NCBI GenBank assembly: GCA_964202905.1
Contig: CAXNJO010000001.1
Coordinates: 640,001 to 704,000, forward strand
Reading direction: 5' to 3'
Length of the DNA: 64,000 nucleotides
From: Polyangiales bacterium
GTDB lineage: Bacteria; Myxococcota_A; Polyangia; Polyangiales; JADJQN01
Numbering within the stretch: position 1 is the first letter of the stretch; every line of letters begins with the position of its first letter. This document shows positions 9,415 to 19,844 of this stretch, in pieces. A program made the translations under genes and the position numbers. The notes under the pieces were generated by a model, which had not been told where the DNA came from, made no database searches, and saw nothing but the letters and a program-made list of their open reading frames with translations.

Positions 9415-12265
9415 ATGCCCCGGAGGCCCCGCGCGCCGCACGGCGCACCCGCACCGCGCACGGCCGGGTCGATGCCCGACGCGACGTCGGAGGCGGCGCC
9501 GGCGGCGCTCGACGCGGCGAGGCGCGACGTGCTCCGCGCCTACTGCGCGCGCGACGCGGCGTTGCGCGTCGTCGGCGCGGCGGCGCTCGCGCTGCACCTC
9601 GGGCGACCGCTGCCCGCGCGGGTCGTCGCGCGCTCGCCCCGCGCGCACCGTGTGCGGGGCGCCCCGTCCGCCTGGCTGAGCGTGCGGCGCCGCGCCGAGC
9701 CCGAGCCCGCGCGGTCGCCGCGGGCGCTGCCCGTCCGGGAGGGGATCCGCTGCGGCGCCCTCGACGAGGCGTGGCTCGAGGCGCTCGACGGCGGAGAGCA
9801 TGCGGTGCCGCCGAACTGGCATGGGGCGGCCGCGCGCGCGCTCGAGCCGGGCGGGGCCGCGCGCATCGCGCTCGAGGCCGGGCGTCGCGGGTGCACGCCA
9901 TCGCTCGCGCGGGCCGCATACTTCCTCGCCGTCGTCCGCGGCGCGCCGATCGTCGCCCGGCCCGCGGAGCCGGTGCTGCTGTACCCGGAGGGGCCGCGCC
10001 GCGGCGAGACGGATCCGGCGACGCGCGTCCGCGTCAACGGCGCGCCCGGCGTGTCGCTGCCCGCGTCCGCGGTCGACGCGCTCGCGGGCGCGGTGATGGC
10101 GGGCGCGTCTGCGGGGGTGTGTGAGGCGCTGCGGCTCGCGCGGGTCGGCGTCACGCTCGACGCGGCGCTCCTCGTGCTCTGCGAGGAGGAGGCGGCGGAA
10201 CCGTCGGTCTCCGCACGACCACGCGCGGTCCCGCTGGGCGCACGCGCGCGACGCGGCGCCGGCGCCGCGCGGCTCGCGGTGCTCGTGGCGGGCGGCGTGC
10301 TCGAGCCGACCGAGGACGGCGCGCGCTACACGCTCGTCGCGCCGCTCGACGCCGCATCGTGGCCGCTGCCGCAACCCGACACGCTGCAGCGCGCGCGGGG
10401 CGTGCTCGCCGTGTCGGCGGAGCCCGCGCGGCGGCTCGAGGCGCTCACGCTCGATGTCGCGCTCGCGTCGCCGCCCGACGTGCCGCGCGTGCTGGCGCTC
10501 GCGGTCGCGGCGCTCGAGCGTGGCGACACGGTCACCGTCGCGCGCTGGCGCTCGCTGGCCGAGCCGCACGCGCCGCGGCTCGCGCGCGCGCTGCACCTGC
10601 GGATCCTCGAGAACCACGGGCGTCTGCGCGAGGCGCTCGCGCTCGCACGCGCGGCCGTGCGCGAGGCGGGCGCGCCGGACGCGTCGCGCGCCGCGGCCCT
10701 GCTCGATCGCGCGCGGCTCGCGTGGCGCGTCGGTCAGCCGCGCGAGGCCACGGCCGCGCTGCGTGCCCTGCGCCGCGCCGCCCGGGGTCCGGAGGGCGCG
10801 GCGCTGCGCCTCGAGGCCTCGCTGCTCCGCGCGACGATCGCGCTCGAGCGTGGCGCGATCACGCGGTCGCGCGTCGCGCTCGCCGCCGCGCGCGGGATGG
10901 CGGAGGAGTCTGGCGACGACGAGGCGCTCGCGCGCGTCTTGCGGCGTCTCGGCACGCTCGAGGCGCGCACCGGGCGGCCCGCCGCGGCCGCGGGTGCGTA
11001 CCGTGCGGCGCTCGCCGCCCTCGCGCGGGTCACGCAGCCGCTCGACGCGGGGCTCGCGCCGCTGCTCACCGCGAACCTCGCGACGATGGAGTCGTGGCTC
11101 GGTCGCGTCGACGTCGCGCGCGCGCTCTACGAGGACGCGCTCGCGCAGCGTCGCGACCGGCCGCTCGAGGCGCTCAACACGCGCGCGGCGCTCGCGCTGC
11201 TCGAGGCGAGCCGTGGCGTGCGCCCCGCCGAGGGCGCCTTCGGTCCGCTGCTCCGCGAGGCCGAGCGGCTCGGCGATCCGCGTCTGCGCGCCGAGCTCGC
11301 GAGCTACCGCGTCGAAGAGCTCGTGTTCGAGGGGCGCCTCACGCAGGCCGAGGGCGTGCTGGGGGCGGCGCGGGCGGCGCTCGCGGATCTCGGCGGCGCG
11401 GAGCTGATCCTCGACGCGATGGTCGACGTCACCGAGGGGCTGCTGCGGGCGCGGCGCGGCGAGCGCGGCGCGGCGGCGCGGCTCGCGTCGGCGGTCGATC
11501 GGCTCGCGTCCGGTGACGCGCGCTACCACGCGGCGCGCGCGGCGCGGCTCGCGGCGACGGCGCTCGTGTGGCTCGGCGAGGACGCCGGCGCGATCGGCTG
11601 GATCGCGCGCTGCGCGGCGCTCGGCGAGGCGGGAGGCTTCGCCCTCGGCGACGCGCTCCCGCACGTCGTCGCGCTGGCGCTCGCGGCGCTGCGCGGGAGG
11701 GCGGCGCGGCGGCGCACGCGGTCGAGGCGCTCGACCGGCTCGGCCCAGTCCGCGTCGAGGCCGCGCTCCGCCGCGAGGGCCGCGCCGACCTCGCGCGCGC
11801 TCGGGCCGCGCAGCGACTCTCGCTGCCGACCGGCGCGCTGCTCCGTGCGCTCGGTCCCGAGGGCACGCGCGCGCTCACCGCCGTCGAGCGCGACGCGCTG
11901 ATCGCCGCGGGGAGGACGTCGTGCTCGATCGCGCCCGCGGCCTGCTCTTCGTGCCCGGCAGCCCGCCGCGCCGCCTCGACCGCATGCGCTCGCTCGAGCC
12001 GCTCCTCGCGTACCTCGTCGCCCGCCGCCCCGAGCCGGTCGACGTCGACGAGCTCGCGCGCGTCGTCTGGACCCAGCGCCCGAGCCGCTCCGTGGTCGGC
12101 GCGATCACGACCTCCGTCGCGCGGCTGCGCGCGCTGCTCGGCCCCGCCGCGCCCGTGCGCACCCACGGCGTCGGTCTGCGCCGCGCCTACGAACTCGCGC
12201 CGGAGGCCCGCGTCTGGCGCATCGACGAGGTCGGGGCCGCTCGCGTCGCTTCTCGCGCGCCCTGA
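9415..12265 (+). CDS. Large TPR-like helical regulator with C-terminal OmpR/PhoB-type winged-helix; two apparent frameshifts (~11700, ~11912)
   Basis: Ala/Leu-rich helical repeats; final frame reads LLAYLVARRPEPVDVDELARVVW...ITTSVARLRALLG...AYEL. Confidence 0.65.
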
Positions 12266-12343
12266 GCCGCGCCGCCCCGCGCGCCTCGACACGTCAACGT
12301 CGTTGTCATGTCTGCGCGCCGCCCCGCGCGCTCGGCCCTCTGC

Positions 12344-13376
12344 TCAGGTCGGCCCGGCCTGGCGCCCCGGCGGCACCGGCAGGCCGAGGTGCGCGTACGC
12401 GCGCTCGGTGGCCATGCGCCCGCGCGCCGTCCGCGCGAGAAAGCCCTGCTGCAGGAGGTACGGCTCGTACACATCCTCGAGCGTGTCGCGCGGCTCGCTG
12501 AGCGCGGCGGCGAGCGTCTCGACGCCCACCGGGCCGCCCCGGTAGTGGTCGATGATCACGCGGAGCAGGCGGCGGTCCATCTCGTCGAGGCCGGCCGAGT
12601 CGACGTCGAGCCGGTCGAGCGCGTCCTTCGCGCGACGCGTCGTGACGACGCCGTCGCCGAGCACCTCGGCGAAGTCGCGCGCCCGCCGCAGCAGGCGGTT
12701 CACGATGCGCGGCGTGCCGCGCGCGCGGCGCGCGAGCTCGAACGCCGCGTCGGGCTCGATGGCGAGGCCGAGCAGCCCCGCGCTGCGCGCCGCAATGCTG
12801 CGCGAGGTCTTCCGGCGGGTAGTAGTCGAGCCGCGCGATGTAGCCGAAGCGCGAGAGCAGCGGCGAAGTGAGCAGGCCCGTGCGCGTCGTCGCGCCGACC
12901 AGCGTGAAGGGCTGCAGCGGGAGCTGCAGCGTCGTCGCGTAGGGGCCCTCGCCCTGCACGATGTCGATGCGGAAGTCCTCGATCGCGGAGTAGAGGTTCT
13001 CTTCGACGACGGGCTGCAGACGGTGGATCTCGTCGATGAAGAGCACGTCGCGCCGGCCGAGCTTCGTGAGCAGCGCCGCGAGCTGGCCCTTGTGTTCGAT
13101 GGCCGGGCCGGACGCGAGCACGAGCTTCGAGTCGAGCTCCTCGGCGAGGATGCAGGCCATCGTCGTCTTGCCGAGGCCGGGCGGCCCGCAGAAGAGCACG
13201 TGGTCGAGCGGCCCGCCGCGCGCGTTCGCGGCCGCGACGAAGATGCGGAGGTTCTCCTTGAGCTTCGTCTGGCCGACGTAGTCGTCGAAGCGCGACGGAC
13301 GCAGGGTGATGTCGTAGCCGCGCTCCTCGTCGAGGCGCGCCGTGCTGAGCGCGTGGTCGGTGTCGCGCGCGGTCAT
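12344..13376 (-). CDS. ruvB: Holliday junction branch migration helicase RuvB; apparent frameshift near 12800
   Basis: [47 protein letters not shown] and YEPYLLQ...TARGR lie in the shifted frame. Confidence 0.95.
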
Positions 13377-14002
13377 CGGAGCTGCCCCAGGGCCTCGCGC
13401 AGCAGGGCCTCGGGCGGACGGCCCTCGAGGTCCCCTTGTTCGGCGAGACGCGCGACGGCGCGCTCGGCCTCGGCGGGCTTGTAGCCCATCTGCACGAGGG
13501 CCCCGACGACGAGCGCGCCGGGATCGTTCGCGCTGCGGACCGCGGCGCGCGCGGGCGTCGCGGCGGGCGCGGCGAGCGTGCCCGCGCTCGAGGCCGAGAC
13601 GAGCAGCTTGTCCTTCAGCTCGAGGAGCAGGCGCTCGACGATCTTCTTGCCGACGCCCGGGATCCCCTTGAACGCGTTGCGATCCCCGCCAGCGACCGCC
13701 CGCGCGAGCGCGCGTGCGTCGAGTCCGCTCAAGATGGCGAGCGAGACCTTCGGGCCGACGCTCGCGACGCCCAGCAGCGTGCGGAAGGCCGCGCGATCGT
13801 CGAGCGACGCGAAGCCGAAGAGGGTGATCGCGTCCTCGCGCACGTGCGTGTGCACGAACAGCGTGAGCGGCGCGCCCTCCGCGGGGAGGCGGCCGAGCGT
13901 GCCGAGCGGGACGCTCACCTCGTAGCCGACGCCGCCCACATCGAGGATGCAGGTGCCGTCGGCCGCGCGCTCGACCAGTGTTCCCGAGAGCCGCCCGATC
14001 AC
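13373..14002 (-). CDS. ruvA: Holliday junction branch migration protein RuvA
   Basis: MIGRLSG, GGVGYEV, HVRED, LFGF, GVGKK; overlaps the ruvB start. Confidence 0.96.
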   Translation of the reverse strand: MIGRLSGTLVERAADGTCILDVGGVGYEVSVPLGTLGRLPAEGAPLTLFVHTHVREDAITLFGFASLDDRAAFRTLLGVASVGPKVSLAILSGLDARALARAVAGGDRNAFKGIPGVGKKIVERLLLELKDKLLVSASSAGTLAAPAATPARAAVRSANDPGALVVGALVQMGYKPAEAERAVARLAEQGDLEGRPPEALLREALGQLR

Positions 14003-14009
14003 GGCGGCG

Positions 14010-14038
14010 ACCCTAGCATGGACTGAACATCGCTCCAG
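14010..14038 (-). promoter_or_regulatory. ruvAB promoter (extended -10 TGCTAGGGT) with a candidate myxobacterial-type LexA box
   Basis: CTGGAG-CGAT-GTTCAG on the minus strand (14023-14038) resembles CTGAAC-N4-GTTCAG; -10 is 7 nt before GTG 14002. Confidence 0.5.
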
Positions 14039-14056
14039 CTATGGCCGCACTGCGGC

Positions 14057-15280
14057 TCAGGGAGCGATCTCGCAGGTCGTGCCGGTGAAGCCGGGCGTGC
14101 AGTCGCACGTGAAGCCGTTGATGCCATCGGTGCAGGCGCCGCCGTTCTGGCAGGGGTTGGGGCTGCACTCGTCGATGTTCGTCTCGCAGGTCGCGCCTTC
14201 GAATCCGGGGGCGCAGGTGCAGGAGAAGCTGTTGACGCCGTCCGTGCAGGTGCCGCCGTTCTGGCAGGGGTTGGGGCTGCACTCGTCGATGTTCGTGTCG
14301 CAGATGGCGCCGGAGAAGCCGGGCGCGCAGGTGCACGTGAAACTTCCGACTCCGTCGGCGCACATGCCGCCGTTGCGGCACGGATTGGGGTCGCAGTCGT
14401 TGCGGTTGGTGCAGGTCGGCGCCGCGCCCGGGTTGTTCGTGCAGGCGAAGAAGGAGATCTCGCCGCAGCCGCCGTTGTCCGTCGCGCACTCGTCGATGTC
14501 CGTGCAGGTCGGCGCCGCGCCCCTGTTGTTGGTGCACGTGACGAAGGTGGCCGCGCCGCAGCCGCCGTTGTCCGTCGCGCACTCGTCGATGTCGGTCCCG
14601 CACGTCATCCCGGAGAACCCGAACGGGCACGAGCAGGAGAAGCCGGCGACGCCGTCGGCGCAGAGGCCACCGTTCTGGCAGGGGCTCGACGCGCAGTCGT
14701 CGATGTTGGTCGCGCAGGTCGCGCCCGAGAAGCCGAGCACGCAGGCGCAGGCGAAGTTGTCGACGCCGTCGATGCAGACCCCGCCGTTGAGGCAGGGGTC
14801 GGTCGCGCAGTCGTCGATGTTCGTGCCGCAGACCGCGCCGGTGAAGCCCGCCGCGCACATGCACGTGAAGCTGTCGACGCCGTCGGTGCAGGTGCCTCCG
14901 TTGAGACACGGGTCGGTGGCGCAGTCGTCGATGTTGGCCTCGCAGGTCGGGCCCTCGAAGCCCGCCGCGCAGGTGCAGGTGAACGACGCGCCGCCCGCCG
15001 CGCAGGTGCCGCCGTTGAGGCAGGGCGCAGCGGCGCACGGGTCGACGACCATCATGTCGACATCGACGTTCATGTCGACATCCACGTTCATGTCGACCAG
15101 GACGTTCATGTCGACGGGCACCGTCATGTCCGTGCCGCCGTCCGCGACGGTCGCGTCGGCGCTGGCGTCCACGCCCGTCGGGATGAGCGAGCGATCGAAG
15201 TCGGTCACGAGCTCGCAGGCGGCCGTGAGCGAGGCGAGCGCGAGCGCTCCAGAGAAGAAGGCGAGACGGCGGTGGTTCAT
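14057..15280 (-). CDS. Lipoprotein with tandem calcium-binding EGF-like repeats
   Basis: Lipobox LTAAC; seven 6-Cys repeats of type NIDECxxxPCxNGGxCxDGxxxFxCxCxxGFxGxxC plus two 4-Cys variants. Confidence 0.9.
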   Translation of the reverse strand: MNHRRLAFFSGALALASLTAACELVTDFDRSLIPTGVDASADATVADGGTDMTVPVDMNVLVDMNVDVDMNVDVDMMVVDPCAAAPCLNGGTCAAGGASFTCTCAAGFEGPTCEANIDDCATDPCLNGGTCTDGVDSFTCMCAAGFTGAVCGTNIDDCATDPCLNGGVCIDGVDNFACACVLGFSGATCATNIDDCASSPCQNGGLCADGVAGFSCSCPFGFSGMTCGTDIDECATDNGGCGAATFVTCTNNRGAAPTCTDIDECATDNGGCGEISFFACTNNPGAAPTCTNRNDCDPNPCRNGGMCADGVGSFTCTCAPGFSGAICDTNIDECSPNPCQNGGTCTDGVNSFSCTCAPGFEGATCETNIDECSPNPCQNGGACTDGINGFTCDCTPGFTGTTCEIAP

Positions 15281-15449
15281 CGGGGTCCTCGGCAGGAAGG
15301 TCGAACTCGGCGGCGCGGACGCGCCGGGTCTTCGACGCGGGAGGTTAGCACCTCCGCGGTTCGCCCCGACGCCCGTCCACCCTACGGGCCGGAAATGGGC
15401 GCCGTCAACGGCGTCGGCCACCAGGGGCGTGGGCTCGGCGTCGTGCGCG

Positions 15450-16520
15450 TCACCCGAAGAGGCGCGCCACGAGCCCCGCGAGCGGCGCGCGGTGCGACGA
15501 GACGCTCTCGGCGAGCGCGAGCTGCGAGCGCGCCCGCACGAGGTTGTGCGCGCCGCGCGTCTCGTAACGCACTGCGTCATAGCCGAAATAGCGCTCTTCG
15601 AGGGCATCCGCGCAGAAGCGGCTCGCGAGCTCGAGCGCGATGGTCTCGAGCCCGGCGGGCAGGGCGGGCGGCTCCTCGGGCGCGAGCAGCCCGCGCGTCG
15701 TCTCCGCGTAGCCCTCGAGCGCGGCCTCGACGAGCGCGAGATCGACGGCCGCGTGCACGGCGCTCTCGCCCGCGGGGTTGCACCACGAGCGCAGCGCGTC
15801 GCCGAGCTCCACGGCGAGCGTGCCGTGCGCGAGCGTGTCGAGGTCGAGCAGCGCGACCGCCTCGCCGAGCGTGTCGTCGAAGAGCACGTTCGTGAGCTTC
15901 AGATCGCCGTGGATGATGCGCGTCGGCAGCGCGGGGATCACGGGGAGCGCGTGCGCGAGGATGCGCGCGGCGACGGGCGCGACCTCGGTGAAGCGCGCGT
16001 GATCGGCGTGTGTCGCGAGCACCGTGCGCAGGTGCGCGAGGTGGCGCGGCGTGTCGTGCGCGCCCGGCCGCGTGAAGTGGAAGGTGTGCGTGAGGTCCGC
16101 GAGCGCGCGGTGGAAACGCCCCGCAGCGGCGGCCGCCGCACGCGCGACGCGGGGCGACTCGGCCACAGCCACGCAGCGCCCGGCGAGGAAGGTCTGCGCG
16201 CGCCAGGCGCCGTCGGGCGCGTCGACCCAGAGCGCGCCGTCGATCGTCGGCACGAGGCGCGGCGTGGTCACGCCCTTGTCCGCGAGGTGCGCGGTGATGG
16301 CGGCGAAGTCGCGGTTCACCTCGCCGCGGAAGGCGGGGTGCAGGCGCTGCAGGATCAGCGTGCGCGGCGCCGTGTCCGGGCGCGTGACGCGGTACGTGCG
16401 GTTGATGAGGCCGATCTCGATCGGCGCGAGGTCGGTGCCGGGCGTGAGCGCGTACGCGGCGCGCACGGCCTCGGGCAGCGCGTCGAGCGGGGCGGGCGAG
16501 GCGGGCAGCGCTGTGGACAT
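15450..16520 (-). CDS. Aminoglycoside phosphotransferase-like (APH/choline/hexosamine kinase) family protein
   Basis: GLINRTY, ILQRL, HGDLKLTNVLF and LLDLDT kinase motifs. Confidence 0.85.
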   Translation of the reverse strand: MSTALPASPAPLDALPEAVRAAYALTPGTDLAPIEIGLINRTYRVTRPDTAPRTLILQRLHPAFRGEVNRDFAAITAHLADKGVTTPRLVPTIDGALWVDAPDGAWRAQTFLAGRCVAVAESPRVARAAAAAAGRFHRALADLTHTFHFTRPGAHDTPRHLAHLRTVLATHADHARFTEVAPVAARILAHALPVIPALPTRIIHGDLKLTNVLFDDTLGEAVALLDLDTLAHGTLAVELGDALRSWCNPAGESAVHAAVDLALVEAALEGYAETTRGLLAPEEPPALPAGLETIALELASRFCADALEERYFGYDAVRYETRGAHNLVRARSQLALAESVSSHRAPLAGLVARLFG

Positions 16521-16530
16521 GAATGGCGAT

Positions 16531-18311
16531 TCAGCGCGCGGGCACGGCGACGGTGCCGTCGGCCGTGTGCTCGCGGAGAAAGGCCTCGATGCCCGCGGGC
16601 ACGGGATTCATGGGCGTATCCGTCGCGGCGAGCGCGTCGAGGTGCGTGAGCGCGCGTGCGTCGACGACGCGGAAGCCGGCGGTGTCCGCGCCCTCCGCGC
16701 CACGACCGACGCCCGCCATCGGGCGCCCTGCGCCGACGGTCGGCGCGATGCGGGCGCGCACCGCCTTCGTAGCCGCCCTCGGCCGTGAGCGCCGCGGCGA
16801 CGGCGAGCACGGGCGCGTCCATGCGCGGGCCGTCGAAGGCGCGCAGCCCTTCGGCCGCCTGCCACGAGTCCTCGGCGAGCGCGTTCCCGCCCACGGCGCC
16901 CTGATCGAGCGGGAGCCGCTGCGGGTAGTACCAGTCGGCGTAGTTCGTGCGGCCTGCGGCCCACGAGCGCGCGAGGTTGTCGACGGGCGTGTACTCGGGC
17001 GGCGTCGCGTCGGGCGCGTCGATCCAGTCGTACGTCGCCGCGCTGTCCGTCGGGTAGACGAGCATCCCGAAGAGCCCGTCCTTCGTGTCGGTCGGCCCGC
17101 CCGTCGGCTTGCCGAGCGAGCAGGAGAACACGGGGATTCCGTTCGATTCGTCGTCGAAGCCGAAGGCGAGCGCCGCGCGGTTCGTGAAGTCCGGCACCGC
17201 GCCGCGCGGGATCGAGAAGAGCGTCGCGAGCACGCGGTCGCGCTCGCGGTCCACGCTCACCGCCTCGGGCGACGTGAGCGCGCGCAGCGACATGATCTGC
17301 GCGGTCGCGAGCACGCCGACGCCGAGCAGCGGCAGCTCGAGGTAGCGCGGCCCCTCGGCGCGTAGCGCGTCGAGCCCGGCGAGCGGCGCGAAGCCCCCGC
17401 TCGTCCCCCCGCGATACTCCGTCCTCGGTGATCGCCTCGCCCTGCGACGCGCCGTCGACGAGGATGACGCCCGCGAGCTCCTCCGCGCCGCGCCGCGCCT
17501 CCGCGCCCTCGCCGAAGCGCCACGCCGCGTACGTCTCCGCGACGCCCGCGCCCGCCGAGTGCCCCATCAAGAACACATGCCCCACGCGATCGCCCTCGGG
17601 CACGAGCGCGATCACGCGGCGCACGTCCTCGAGCAGCGTCGCGAGGCCCCACTCGCTCATGAAATCGACCGAATCCTGCGTGCGGAAGCCCGCGAACGCC
17701 GCGCCGTCGATGGTGTCGCTGCGGTAGTAGTAGCCCTGCGCGATCTCGGGATTTCCGGCGACGGTGGCGGTCGCCATGCCGCGCAGATCCTCGAGCAGGT
17801 TCGAGCGCCGGTCGATCGCCCACACCTCGGTCGTCTCGCCGCTTGCGGCGCCGCGCAGCACGAGCGCGCGGGCGAGCGCGTCATAGCTGCCCGCCCCGCC
17901 GAAGGTGCCCGGGTACGCGACGACGATCGCGCGCGCGGGCTTCGGCGTCGCGACGTCCTCGCGGTAGCGCACGACCTGCGTCGCCTGGAGCTCGCTCGGC
18001 GTCGCGGTGCCCGTCGTCGGGTTCGGCGGCGCCGCCACGCCCGGCACCACGAAGACGTCGCGGCGCACGCCCGTCTCGGGCACGTCCGACGCGGGCGGCT
18101 CGGCGAGCGTCCAGTCGGGCGGCGGCCCCGCGTCGACGGGCGCGGGCGCGTCGATCCCGGCGTCCACCGGCGGCATCGCGCCATCGTCGTCGCCGCACCC
18201 CGCGAGCGCGAGGGTCGCGCAGAGCGCGGGGCCGAGCGCGCCGCCGCGCGTTCGGAAGGCGCCGCGGCGGCGGCGGTTCGAGCAGGAATTCACCGTGGGC
18301 GTGCGCGGCAT
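16531..18311 (-). CDS. Alpha/beta-hydrolase lipoprotein; apparent frameshifts near 17410 and 16765
   Basis: Lipobox LAGC, WAIDRR, GHSAG nucleophile elbow, C-terminal LTHLD; the three pieces lie in consecutive ORFs. Confidence 0.65.
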
Positions 18312-18976
18312 CAGCGGCTCCTCGTCTTCGTCGGTGCGGTCCCGGCGGGCGTCCGCGTCGCGGCGTCGCCGGCGTCCGCGCCACCCCGCACGGGGGCCGC
18401 GGGCGCACGGCGCAGGCTAGCGCGCGCGTCCGGCAGCGACGCGTTTTTGTGCGTGGCGCCGGGCCTCGCGCGGGCCGGCCCCGGCGTCGCGGTGCCCGCC
18501 CCGCCCGGCCAACGCGACGACTGCAGGTGCGTGACGGCGATGGCGAGCGCGTCCGTCGCGTCGACCGCCGGCAGCTCCGTCCAGCCGAGCAGCGCCCCGA
18601 CCATCCGCGCGACCTGCGCCTTGTCGGCCGCGCCGCGTCCGCCCACCGCGCGCTTCACGAGCGCGGGCGGATACGCGCTCACCGCGAGCCCGCGCCGCGC
18701 CGCCGCGACGAGCGCCGCCCCGCGCGCATGCCCGAGCTTCATCGCCGCGGCCGGGTACTTCGCGAAAAAGATGTCCTCCACCGCGCAGACGTCGGGCGCG
18801 TGCGCCGTGATGACCGCGTCGAGCGCCTCGCAGATCGCGAGCAACCGCCGCTCGAGCGGCTCGCTCTCACGCAGCGTGATGACGCCCGCCGCGAGGCCGC
18901 GCAGCCGCGCGCCATCGCCCTCGACGACGCCCCAGCCCGTCCGCACCGTGCCCGGATCGACACCGAGGACGCGCAT
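18311..18976 (-). CDS. ruvC: Crossover junction endodeoxyribonuclease RuvC
   Basis: RVLGVDPG, TGWGVV, AVEDIFF, GHARG, ADKAQV, DATDALAIA. Confidence 0.95.
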   Translation of the reverse strand: MRVLGVDPGTVRTGWGVVEGDGARLRGLAAGVITLRESEPLERRLLAICEALDAVITAHAPDVCAVEDIFFAKYPAAAMKLGHARGAALVAAARRGLAVSAYPPALVKRAVGGRGAADKAQVARMVGALLGWTELPAVDATDALAIAVTHLQSSRWPGGAGTATPGPARARPGATHKNASLPDARASLRRAPAAPVRGGADAGDAATRTPAGTAPTKTRSR

Positions 18977-18982
18977 CCGCGC

Positions 18983-19732
18983 CTAGGCCTCGAGCGCCGC
19001 GAGCGCCTCGTCGGAGGGCTCGAAGTCGCTCCAGACCTTCTGCACGTCGTCGTGGTCCTCGAGCACCTCGAGCAGATCGAAGCAGCGCTGCGCGTCGCCC
19101 GCGTCGACGACCTTCGGCGTCCGCGCCCGCTGCTGCACGCCGCCGCTCTTCACCGCGATGCCCGCTGCCTCGAGCGCGCTGCGCACCGCGTCGAGCTCGC
19201 CCGGCGGCGTCTCGATGCGCCACTCGTCGCCGTCGTCCGCGACGTCCTCGGCGCCCGCGCCGACGGCCACCTCGAAGAGCTGCTCCTCGGTCGCGGCGCC
19301 CCGCGCGAGCGTGAGCATGCCCTTCGGCTCGAAGGCCCAGGCCGCGACGCCCGCCGCGCCGAGCTGCCCGCCGTGCTTGTCGAAGACCTTGCGCAGCTCG
19401 GGCGCGGTGCGGTTGCGGTTGTCGGTGAGCGTCTCCATCAGCCAGAGCGTGCCGCCCGGCCCGACGCCCTCGTAGACGATCTCCTCGTAGCTCGCGCCCT
19501 CGAGCTCCCCCGTGCCCTTCTTGATCGCGCGCGTGATGTTGTCGGCCGGCATGCTCGCGGCCTTCGCGTCGTCGATCGCGCGCCGCAGGCGCGGATTGCC
19601 GCCCGGGTCGCCGCCGCCCATGCGCGCCGCGACCGTGATCTCCTTGATCACGCGCGAGAACATCCGCCCGCGCTTCGCGTCGAGCGCGCCCTTCTTGCGC
19701 TTGATCGTCGCCCACTTGGAATGGCCGCTCAT
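18983..19732 (-). CDS. yebC: YebC/PmpR family protein
   Basis: MSGHSKWATIKRKK, YEGVGPGG, TDNRNRT, DHDDVQKVW. Confidence 0.95.
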   Translation of the reverse strand: MSGHSKWATIKRKKGALDAKRGRMFSRVIKEITVAARMGGGDPGGNPRLRRAIDDAKAASMPADNITRAIKKGTGELEGASYEEIVYEGVGPGGTLWLMETLTDNRNRTAPELRKVFDKHGGQLGAAGVAAWAFEPKGMLTLARGAATEEQLFEVAVGAGAEDVADDGDEWRIETPPGELDAVRSALEAAGIAVKSGGVQQRARTPKVVDAGDAQRCFDLLEVLEDHDDVQKVWSDFEPSDEALAALEA

Positions 19733-19844
19733 CGCTGGTGCTCCGACGTGGAAGTGCCCGCACTACCTAGTCTTTTCGGCGTGCACGCGTCAAGCACGGC
19801 GGCGCGCCGCGACGCCGCCCGCTGCCCGTGGTACGCCCGCCCGC

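Noticed and set aside
12344..13376. ruvB pseudogene or programmed frameshift
   Set aside because: Single indel, no decay, no slippery site; similar indels occur across the window.
15450..16520. Aminoglycoside resistance gene
   Set aside because: APH-fold kinase in a chromosomal, non-mobile context; the motifs do not indicate the substrate.
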